DNA of 46,350 nucleotides, taken from Lama guanicoe. Taxonomy: Eukaryota. The DNA lies in contig MU054391.1 in assembly GCA_013239625.1 (NCBI GenBank), forward strand, positions 3,935,130 to 3,981,479, written 5' to 3'. The translations under genes were made by a program, and so were the position numbers. The notes beneath the pieces are model-generated. The model saw only the letters and a list, made by a program, of their open reading frames with translations, was not told the origin of the DNA and made no database searches. Below, one piece after another: positions 24,008 to 34,310 of the stretch (position 1 is the stretch's first letter; every line of letters begins with the position of its first letter).

Positions 24008-26217
24008 AGTGTCCACAGCCAGCATCCGAAGCCCTTAAGATGGGTGCCATCCGGCCTGTGTCCTCGACGATACCTTCAGAAGGCCCAGCTGCGTGGAGGG
24101 GGGAGTGCCATGTTTCATTTACCCTCGGGGGAAAAGTGCATTTTTCTCTGAAATGTCAATGAAAACACTTCAGTTCTCTGTGCTTCCTTAGAGGGGAGAA
24201 GGAAGAGATAATAGAGTCACATCACTGAGATCTTGAATACTGGATCACACCAATTACAGCAAGTTACTCTGTGGGTTGACAAATCTGAATATTTCCTTAG
24301 AAGACGACTGGACCCACCCCTCCTGGGGAGCATCAGGGGTCCGAGTGGAAGGGCGGGTTACTTGCGGCACCGCCTAGGTGTGCCAGCCGAAACTAGCTCC
24401 CATTGCAACCGACAGCTACAGCAAAAGGGCTAGAAAGATGGGGACTGGACTTAAAAGGGAAAATGCATAAGGACGTATTTCAGGCATATCTTCAGCCCCT
24501 GTCTACTGTGGCTGGAAGTTATTTCTGGTGAGCTGCCCACGCCCCAGTTACTCACAGCTCCCCTGGGTACTTTTTCCCTTTTCTACCTCAAAATCACTGA
24601 AACACGAGGGATCCTTGTCTTAGAACTCTGCCTCTGCCTCCACATGGCCTTCAACAGCTTGCTCCCAAGTGGGAGCTCCAGATCTCAGACCTCAGGAAGC
24701 CGTCCGTCACAGCTGGTGAAGACCGATCCTCTTGGACTTTCTACCTGTGCACCTTCCTTGATTCTGAGCAGATGGAGGCCCACCCGAAGGTGCGCTGACC
24801 ATGATATGTGAACCAAGCGGAGGAAAGGACAACGCATTCGAGGACAGAGCCAAGGGCAGCCTCTTTCCCACAGACAAGCCAAATAATCATTTTGACGCAT
24901 TATTACTCTTCGCTGTTGTGGATTCAGCATCGTCAATAGTTCCTTGTCATCTTTTCTGTAATAAACGTGGCATGGTTTCCACTACTGAGGACAGACAGAC
25001 ATATGCAATTTTTATCACAGAGTTTGACTGAAATAAAAGTTACATCAGAGGTTTAACAAACAGACCGAGGAATTAAGTACCTTTAACGTGGAGGGTTGGG
25101 GAAGGTCCCTTAGAAGCAGTGGCCGTTGAGCAAATCCAACAAGGCATGTAGGATCTCACGCAGGAGTTCATCGGCGGGAGTGGAGGGAAGAGTGGTCCAG
25201 GGATCTATGTAGCAGCTGCTTGGAAATGAAGCATTCTCCTTGGATTTGAACTTTGAAATGACGCTGAGAATGACTCCTGCATCCTGTCCATTCAGTGGGG
25301 AAAAAAACCAAAACAAAGCAGTTGAACCAACAGTTTGGCAAGATGAAGACAAAAATAGCCAGTGGATTCACCAAATTCTGTTCTGTTTTTCAAGCTATTG
25401 ATTTGTATTCTTCAGACAGCGTCTGCCTCAGAAGCTCTGTCGTTCTGAGGAGCAGGAGGTTTCCCTTTGTAGAAATAAAGCAAACAGGCTTCTGTTTGTT
25501 TGCGTGGGCAGCTTGGGGCGTTATAAAGAAGCAACGCAATGGAGAGGAACTGCCATTCAGAGACACAACATGGCTCATTTTTAACAGTGTCCGGTGAAGT
25601 GGGTGGAAAGGTGTCATGACTGTCTTTGCCGGCAGGGTGAGCGTTGGAGGGTCAGTGATGCCCCTGTTTTCCTGGACAGATGCTGGCAGAACCGCATCGT
25701 TCAAGACTCTTAATCTGTTCCAACTGAGCAAAACGTTCAGCATGAACTTTTAAACAGTGACGCCTTGTGTGTCCAGTCTGCTGAAATTTGCAGCAGGAAA
25801 CCAGTAATGGGAGAAGCTGTGAAGGCAGGTTTGCAGTGTTTAAATGCTGCCAAGAGTCCACGTTTTCTTCAGGAAAGTGAAGGCAGTTGACGTGGCAACT
25901 GACAATCAGATATGATAAAATGTATTTTTGTGATATGTAACTACATCTGGATTATTTGGATGGAGAAATTAAAGCTAAGTCTTGAAACTGTGATGTTTCC
26001 AGTGGCAAACTTTTTTTTTAACTTTTTTTCTGATTAATGATTCTACTCTGTGTAACTGTAATCACTACACTGTAACATATGGCCTATTTTAGAATTTTTC
26101 ACAAATAGTTTGATAAATAGAAAGTCTAGCATCATTTGCTGATGTGATTGATAAGGCCTTTTCATTTCTATCCTGTTCAGGCTCCTTATTAAACCAGGAA
26201 TTGCACACACACACTCT

Positions 26218-26575
26218 TCTTTCTTACTGCAGTGGACAATGTTGTGTTAGTTTTGGGTGTACAGCAAAGTCATCCAGCTATGTGTGTATATAGATAGACA
26301 TATAAATATATTATTTTTCAGACTCTTTTCCATGATAGGTTATTACAAGATAGTGAATATAGTTCCCTGTGCTGTACAGTAGGTCCTTGTTTATCTATTT
26401 TAAATACAGTAGTGTGTATCTGTTCATCCTAAACTCCCAATTGATTTCTCTTCCTCTTCCCCTTTGGTAACCATACATTTGTTTTCTATGTCTGAGTCTG
26501 TTTCTGGTTTGTAAATAAGTTCATTTGTATCATTTTTTTAGATTCCACACATAAATGGTATCATATGATATTTGT
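26218..26575 (-). mobile_element. Artiodactyl-type L1 3' end (5'-truncated)
   Basis: ACAATGTTGTGTTAGTTTTGGGTGTACAGCAAAGT, TAGGTTATTACAAGATAGTGAATATAGTTCCCTGTGCTGTACAGTAGGTCCTTG and TTTAGATTCCACACATAA. Flanked on both sides by CACACACACA-type sequence (possible TSD). Confidence 0.9.
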
Positions 26576-27007
26576 CACACACACATAGACACTCTCTGTG
26601 TGGTATTTTCCTTGCTCTACCTGGGAGACTGAGGTCAACAAGCCGTTACAGCGTCCATTCACCGGTCAGACTTCTAGAAAGGAAGGCCCATCCCCTTCAT
26701 CCACGTTTGTTAAACATCTACTGTGAGAATAAGGGTGTGAGAATAAGGATGAAGAAAGAACGTCCCTTCCTTCCACGGCCTCACGTTGCAGGGGCGGGAG
26801 GCGCCGCGGCCAGACTTGGTGGAGGAGCTGCGGTGGCTGCCACCCTCAGGGTGAGCCCAGAAGGTGGGGACCGTGTGGGAGGAGCGACTGAAGAGGCGGG
26901 GGTCAGGGAAGGCCCTCTCAGACGCAGTGGCCAGGCTGACTCCTGCTTCTAAGCCTGCGGTGGCCCCAGTCCCCAGGGCCTGGAAGTGTTTTGGGTTTTT
27001 TAAATAC

Positions 27008-27173
27008 TTTTCTTGGTTTTGTTTTGCTTCTTTTTGTTGTTGCTGTTCTTTAGGGGGCAGGTGATTAGGTTTATTTACTTACTTACTTATTTAGATTGCG
27101 GCACTGGGGGTTGAATGCACGGCTTCGCGCGTGCTAAGCACACACTGCACGGCTGAGCTCTACCCCCCGCCCC
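27008..27173 (-). mobile_element. Vic-1-like camelid tRNA-derived SINE
   Basis: Minus strand reads GGGGCGGGGGGTAGAGCTCAG (A box)..GCTTAGCACGCGCG..TTCAACCCCCAG (B box)..TAAATAAACCTAATCACCTGCCCCC plus A-rich tail. Degenerate TSD AAT(A/G)CTTTT at 27003-27011 and 27177-27185, next to a TT/AAAA site. Confidence 0.85.
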
Positions 27174-29182
27174 GGTAATGCTTTTAATTAAAAAGCAATT
27201 GTTAAATGAATCGCCATGTAAGGCACTGCTCCGAGACGGTTACTGCTCTGTAAAAATGTCAGCCACTGAGATGAAGAGTCACCTTTGGCTCTGGCTTGCA
27301 TCTCAAGCCCGTCTCCTCCCCCTGCTTTCGCTCTTCAACTTGACCTCCGTTCCCCACAACGTGGTCCCCGCCTCTGCTTGCCCCCTCTCGACGTCTGCAT
27401 CTTCCCTTTCCTTTGCCTGGACGTGGTCACCACCGCTCCATGTCACCTGCCCCCGGCTCTACCCAGTCTCCACTTGAACTGCTGGGGGTCACCCCCCGAG
27501 ACCCACGTCTGGGGAAGGGTCACAGAAAAAGAAGACAGCCCCTGCGACCCAGCGCCCGAGCGGGAGCGGCACGCTTGTATGTGTTCTCGGTTAACTCAGT
27601 TTAATCAGGGGAAAGGCGGTTGTGTGATTTGTGCGGACTTTGATCCTTGCACATCTGTACTTGACACTTGACTTCGCCTGTGACTTCCATTTTAATGCTC
27701 GAAAAACCCAGACGTACAAAGTCAATGGACTAGCACCAAATAGACGCTGGGCTTTCTAATTCCCAGTCTGTGGGTCTCCCCTTTTCTGTAACGGGGCTTG
27801 TTCAGCAGACAGAAGCCAGGAAAGGGGGCACGGTGCTTCACAGCAGGAAGGATCGGGGACTCAGACCCAGGCCACCTGCGATCAGACTGGATACCAATCA
27901 TTTTCCCAAAGGAGATCCAGTATCCGGTTGTCCCTTTGGACATGTGATGAGAGATCAAGGCTTTATTTCAGAGAACCAAATAAAGACAGGCAGAGGGTGA
28001 TCTTGCCATTCGAGAATACGTGCTCAGAAGGCTTTGACATCTGTGACCTCAATAATTGGAAGGTTTCGCCGTGCTGTGAAGGGGGCGGGGGGCCAGCAGG
28101 CAGCCCCTGTCAGATACCACGTCAGATTGATAAATGCGTTATTTGGTGCTCTGTCAAAGCGCTTGTGTTAGCTGGGTGTGATGTCTCCCGCGCATGGAAC
28201 ATGGGTTGCACCATCTGCTCACTTTGGAAGCGAAATCTTGAGCCCATACCCTGTGCCCAAGCCAGGCCTGTGACTTGCCCCAACACAAGAGGACGTGTGT
28301 GTTCGGAGAGGTGCCAGGCTCTCATCTTGTGGGCACAAACCTTGGGCCGCGCGGGGACTTCAGAGAATCGCTTGCGTCCAGCGTGGTCCTGGGTTCTGAT
28401 AAATTACCATCGCTGTCCTGACCATCCAGTCTGGGCTCGCTCGAGCCTTGCTTGAGTGTTACTGTTTTTATAATGTACCGTCTTTGCGACAGATTGGGAT
28501 CAGAAAGCAGGCTGTTCAATGCCCTTTGTTTCTCTTCAAACAAGGTTCTTTCAGAAATCATCGCTCTCATCAAACCAGGGCTGGTGTCTGCGTGGCAGGG
28601 CCAACTGTGGCTGCGGGCAAGCCGCTCTTCCATCACCTCGCTCTGCTCGCTGTCAGCCACAGGGGTCCCCAGCGCGGTGTCAGGAGGACGTGGGACGAGG
28701 CTCTTGATTAATGTTCAAGTCCCTCCTGTACTCTGTCATTGTGTCTAAGACGCAGCAGGGCATTGCGGGGAAGATGGGGTGGAAGCCTTGACCGTGATGG
28801 ATTGAGAATCGGGTCTGAGCAGAGTGGAGGCTGTGGACCCTAGAAACCCTCAACCCACTCCGTGCCATACCCTCTGGACACCGCCGGGGAGGCCCCCGAA
28901 CCCCTGGGCCTCGGTTCTCCTCTCTAGGAAAAGGATTGCTTTCAATTTGTGGAATAACGAGCTCACGATGACTTTGCCTTTCCTGACGCTTGGCTCCTGA
29001 CTTGATTAACGTCAGTTTCCTGCTTGCTCGTGGTCTTGGCAGCAGAGGGTTTGGTGCAGCAGGCGGTATGAGCTAAGTCAGGAGGGACGTCCCCCTGTGT
29101 CCCACAGATTTGTCACATGTGTATCACGGATGTGGTGACCATTCGTTTCCGAGCCTCAAATCTGAAACTTAGACAATTATTA

Positions 29183-29300
29183 TTTTTAGGTCGTTATGGG
29201 GAGTACAGTGATGCCTATGGGGACAATCAGGAAAAGCACATCGTTTTCAGGTCATTATGGGACGACCGCCATGACAGCGATGGGAACTGTCAGGAAAGGG
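29183..29300 (+). repeat. Diverged ~61-63 bp tandem duplication
   Basis: AGGTC(G/A)TTATGGG...ATGGG(G/A)ACnnTCAGGAAA occurs at 29188-29234 and 29249-29297. Confidence 0.75.
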
Positions 29301-29507
29301 GCTTTACCGACAACACGCGGGGAAGACAGAGCACCTGAAAGCCTCTTCTCCAAGGCCACCTGCCTTCCGCGCCGATGCAGCGTCCTGGTTTTAGTGCTCT
29401 TGGCTGATAGGCGCCTGGACTTGAATGCTTCCAGCGCCAGGCAACTCGCTCTCGTCATAGAGCTGAAAGCACCTGTGAATGCCTCCGAACGCCTTGATGG
29501 CTTCCTG

Positions 29508-29711
29508 TAGGTGCTGGGGAACTTCGCGAGGGGCCAGAGAATCACCACTTTCAGCTTCCCGGGCCATCTAGTCTCTGTCACAGTCGCTAGCTTTGCTGTC
29601 GTAGCCTGAAAGCTGACACATAAACCAGTGGTGTGGCTGCGCTCCGATAGAAGTTTAGTTACCAGCTCGGATGGCAGGCTGGATCTGGCCCCCAGCCTTG
29701 GTCGGCCTCTG
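29508..29711 (+). mobile_element. MER58A-like hAT-Charlie MITE
   Basis: GAGGGCCAGAGAAT..CGGGCCATCTAGTCTCTGTCACAGTCGCT..GTGTGGCTGCGCTCCGATAGAAGTTT..GGCTGGATCTGGCCC. Confidence 0.85.
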
Positions 29712-31769
29712 GCTAGAACTGTGTGAAGCATATTAGGTACGTAGTACTCTATGGTCCTGGAAGCAATTCTGAGGATGGAAGAAATGGAGGTGATCGCTGT
29801 CTGTTTTCTCAAGCTTCTGGACAATTTTACCATCCTCCTCAGAAACATTGGAAATGTAAGATGCACTGTACTCTTTCAAATCCAAGACGTACTGTGTGTG
29901 CATTTTTTCAGGTGGTAAGATCCTGACTTTTTCAACCAAGAGTTATGATGATGATTTATTCTTAAAACCAAACACAGAAATTATTTCAAAATCATTTCAG
30001 AGACGGTGTAATGTGTCAGAAGAAGGCCTTGGTCTCTAGACTAGAAAGTTCTAAAGGAATGGAGGTACTGGGCCTGCCCCCGACGTCAGAGCAGTTGGAA
30101 GGCGTCTGTGACGGCTCACTGATGTTCCAGTACTTGGGACACGAATTCATGAAGTATTTCCCTTGGACCAGAAACAGGCTTAGGAAATTCTGGTAGAGTC
30201 CACCCAAAAGATCCACCAGGGAAAGCTGACCCCCACTCAGTAGGCCCTGAGGAAGAGCGGGCAGGGACCAGATGGAGAATGCGTGGCCTGTGAGAAGGAC
30301 AAGATGGTGTGGAGGAGCCCTGAGACGTCCCCAGAACCCCCAGACGCTCCTTGCAAAGAGCCTGCCTTTGAAGGTGTGCCGCGTGGAGAAGCCCACGACA
30401 GAGCAGTGGTGGCAGTCAGGACTGCATGGCACTCCAGTTACGACTCTGCAATTACAGTACACACACAACACACATATTACAACTCTGTGTCATTCTCTCT
30501 CTATCAATATATGCAAATATATATTTGTATACATGCCTATGTCCACGGGGACATCGGGAGAGGGAAGGAAAGACGCTGACCTGGTCTCTCTCCCACGACT
30601 CATCTTCAACATCACAGAGCTGGCTTGTGCTAGCGGGGCACAGGAAGAAAAACTTTTTACTGGATGATGGACTGAGTTGTAATGTTAGACTTGACTTTTT
30701 CAGACCTAGGAATGAGATTGCTAATATCTCAAAGTGATCCAATAAATTATGGGACTGTTTTATTGGTGAGGAAGAGAGAGAATATGGAGCAAGTGTGAAA
30801 GGCAGTGATGGGAAATAACTGAGTTATAAGTTGCTTTTCACCTGATATGGTCTGCCTGGCACATGCTATAAATAAGTTGCGGAGTGAATGCATCAAAGAT
30901 CTGGCGTTTGGATGGTGTCCAGCAAGGGTATGGCCTGTATCAGACTTTTCCCTGAAAGAGACTACATTGAAATTCGCTTTGTATAGAACATGGCATGTGC
31001 TTCTCCGGGGGGGGTGGGGGTGTGACTGGGTTTTCTTCCTCTCCCGCATTTCCTAACCCAGGGCTGGTTTACCCACGAGGCTCCCAATGAACAGTCACTG
31101 TTAGACGTTGCTCTGCAGTGAACCAGGAGATGGAGATCCGCTGTCAGAATCAAGGCTGGTGGCGGGACTGTCCCTGAACCTCGCTCCTGGGACTTTGCTC
31201 ACGTCAAGCTCTTTCCCAGGAAAGCCTTCCACCCTTCTTTTTGTCTCTATGAACCATCCCCATAGCTCATATGCAGGTCGAAGGTTCTGTCATCTCAGAA
31301 CCGTCTCCGGTGAGCCCAGCCCGCAGGGAGCAGTCCTGTGGGATCTCGCAGCACCTGCTCTGACTCTCACCTGGGGCTTGTGGTCCAGCAGACAGTTGTC
31401 GAGGTGCTGAGTTTCTTCAGCTAACTTTACACTTTGGTGGAAGACGCAGAGAAAGATGTCTTACCCTAGAGATTCAGATATTTACATCTTTCATAATAAA
31501 AAATAGTAAATATGTTTAATTAATTGCTTAATCTGGACCTCATTTAAGAATTAGTAAAGGGAAATAAAATAAGATGTTTTTTATCCAGTGCCTTCTGTGT
31601 GCCTAGCACATGGCACCTTCTTATTTCTCCTTTGTGTTCATCTCTGAGCATACAACACCGTTCCTACTTCACCTATGGTTTTGCAAAGGGAACCAGAAAG
31701 ATAAAGGGGTTTCCTATGATGTAAATATAAAGCTTGAAGCTATTGCTTTGGTTTAAGTACTTATTATTT

Positions 31770-31890
31770 GTATGCAAATGTCAAATCACTATGCAGTACA
31801 CCTGAAACCAACATAATGTGCATTAACTATATTTCAATTAAAAATACAAAACGAAGAAATAATAAAAAATTAAAAGAAAATAAAAGAAAT
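31770..31890 (+). mobile_element. L1 extreme 3' end with A-rich tail
   Basis: AAATGTCAAATCACTATGCAGTACACCTGAAACCAACATAATG..AACTATATTTCAATTAAAAA followed by degenerate poly(A). Confidence 0.8.
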
Positions 31891-32621
31891 CAAGAATTTC
31901 CAGAAAATAAATAATTGTTTGAACTTCTGGAAAAAAAAAATGCAACACTCTGTACATGTCTCAAGTTTTAAGCCCAAATGGACCACGGGCACCATCCTGC
32001 ACGTGGTAGGCACTTAAAATATACTTACCAAATGAATGAATAAATACAAAAAGGAATGCTTGTTTCTAAATTGAATCACACTCTCCAATTCCTTATTGGA
32101 ATAATTGTGCCCTATGTTATAATCCACTATTTGGATATTATCAACGTCAGCAAAGAAAACCAAACAGTGGGCATCAGGGCGGATTTGACAAAACACATGA
32201 GGAAGCAAATAGAAAAGTCCTGTTGAAACAGAAGTGATTCTTACCATTCCTTTTCTGATTGTTGCCCGTGCATCAGGGTAATTAATGTTCTCCAAACAGA
32301 CCTCCAGGTGCCCCAGACACACTGGGAACCTCCTACTGAGTCTTTCGTGAAAGGAAGAAATAAATCTCGCCCCTTCCCTCCTAGTTCCATTCGTCTCGCT
32401 CTCTTTTCTTTCGGTACTCAGCCTGCTTTGTGGACCCGAAGGCGTGTGCTGGGCTCTGGGTACTGAGATGAAGTCAAGGTCTCCGGCCTTTGGAGGCTTA
32501 CGCAGTGAAGCAGGGGGACCCTAAGTGTGTACCTCGGGCTTCCGCAGGTTGGCACCCTCAGGAGCACCGCTCCCTTTGTGCCTCTCTCCTCCTTCGTGTT
32601 TGGCTCCGAGCAGCGCACGTC

Positions 32622-32640
32622 TGTGTGTGTGTGTGTGTGT
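32622..32640. repeat. (TG)9 microsatellite
   Basis: Read directly. Confidence 0.95.
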
Positions 32641-33559
32641 TTGAAAGTGCAGTCAACTGCACAGTGACGTTCTTCTCCTCAGCGGATTTTGTAGGTGTGA
32701 CATCAGCCCACACAGCCCACCTGCTCCCATCTCTCTTTCATCTTTTAACAACTGGTGTTTTTCACAGTGGTGCTGAGTCGGGATTCGTTCCCGGGGCATG
32801 AAGCAAGCAGATCTTCTGAGCCACCCGGGCTGTTGAGGGGATCATGGAGCCAGCTGTCCTAGGATTGGTGGCCAGACCCCCTGCCCCGTCAGGAGAGACA
32901 CAGGGTGTGCACCCTGGCCAGGCCGCTAGCGGGAGAGGAGTAAACACAGGAGAATGATGGAGCCGCGGGGTATTTCACAAAACGGTATGACCGAGTGAAG
33001 CCCTTCTCAGCACGCAGGTGTGTGGTGAGCACTTCAGTTTTTCTTTCACATATTTTCATAGGAAATTTCAGGTTTTTTCCGTGAGAAGTGAGTTTAAGCT
33101 TAATAACACATTCCCTGGCTTCCGTGGGGCCCCTCTGAGGGGACACTGGGTGGATCTGAGGCCCAAGAAAGGATGTGCTTCTGTATTTGGCTCGGACTGG
33201 ATGGCTCACCCATGCCCAGTGAAACTATGGGGGTGGCTTTGGGAAGCCAGGATTTTACCCAGTTAGCAATTTGAGAGAACCCGGTTTATGGCTATGCCTT
33301 AGACGTCAGACGTCCCCGCTGATGCCCTCCTGTTGTGGCCACTGTCCTCCCCCTTCTCAGTCAGCCTGCGAAGGCCCCAGCATCTCCATCTCCATCTGCA
33401 TCACTGGGCCGTCGTCCTGTCTCCTCTGGACTCACATCCCAGGCTCCCAGGACAGCTGCCAAGTGTGCTGTGCTAACATAAATGTTGTTTAGAAAGATTG
33501 TGTCTCATTCTTTCTATGGACTCAGGATACATTCGTGTTCCCTATGCCACCAAAACTTA

Positions 33560-33840
33560 TATCCATGTGGCTTGCGGTGGCCAATGAGATGTGACGCAAA
33601 ACAGTGTGTATCACTTCTGGGAAAAATCTTGAAGATTTGTCGTATACTTTGCGGTTCTCTTTCCCTTCTGCCATGGTAAAACCTGCAACATACTAGACAG
33701 TCGTCTAGAATAGGGTCACCCAGGACCCTTGAGTGAAATCAGTGCTGATGGAGAGGAAATCCTGCAGAAGCAGGATGAGCATGAAGAAGACATAAATGTT
33801 TGTTGCTTAAACCCATCTCGATTCGTGCAATTACCTAATC
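33560..33840 (+). mobile_element. MLT1I/J-like MaLR LTR fragment
   Basis: CCATGTGGCTTGCGGTGGCCAATGAGATGTGA..TCACTTCTGGG and ATAAATGTTTGTTGCTTAAACCCA. Confidence 0.7.
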
Positions 33841-34107
33841 AGGTTGAGCCCCTCTCCCACGACAGCTTCTGAAATGTCAGTTGCTTGTTTTCTTGCCTCT
33901 CTTGCAGCTAGGCATGGGCAAGCCTTCCAGTCCTAGCCAAATACAGTGATGTTTCTGGCAATGATAGTCCTATAGCATTCGGTGTCTCTAGCTAACATGT
34001 AAATGATTCTGCAAAGCAAAATCCTATAGCCTGCCATCTAAACCCCTTGCTCTCTTTATTAATCCCAATAGATTTTAGAGAGTTTTGGATTTTTAGAGTG
34101 TTTAGAA

Positions 34108-34310
34108 CAGGTGTTGGCAAACCAGTTTGCAAGCCCGATCTAGCCCATTATCACCTATTTTATTGGAGCATGACATGCTTATTCATTCGAACATTGCCTG
34201 TGGCTGATTTCATGCTACAAAAGCAGAGTTGTGCAGTTGTGACAGAGAAGTCATGGTGCACAGAGCCAAAAGCATTTACCACTTCCTCCTTTAGAGAAAA
34301 TGTTTGCTGG
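34108..34310 (-). mobile_element. MER58A-like hAT MITE
   Basis: CAGGTGTTGGCAAAC terminal repeat, TTTTATTGGAGCA..GCTACAAAAGCAGAGTTGTGCAGTTGTGACAGAGA..CCTTTAGAGAAAATGTTTGCTG. Confidence 0.85.

Noticed and set aside
27100..27173. tRNA-like A and B boxes
   Set aside because: Head of a Vic-1 SINE with tail and TSD, not a tRNA gene.
27928..28455. 175-aa plus-strand ORF
   Set aside because: Non-ATG start, Cys/Arg/Trp-rich composition typical of chance ORFs, no recognisable family.
29255..29866. Longest ORF (203 aa, minus strand)
   Set aside because: Runs through a MER58 MITE and part of a tandem duplication in GC-rich DNA; no recognisable domain.
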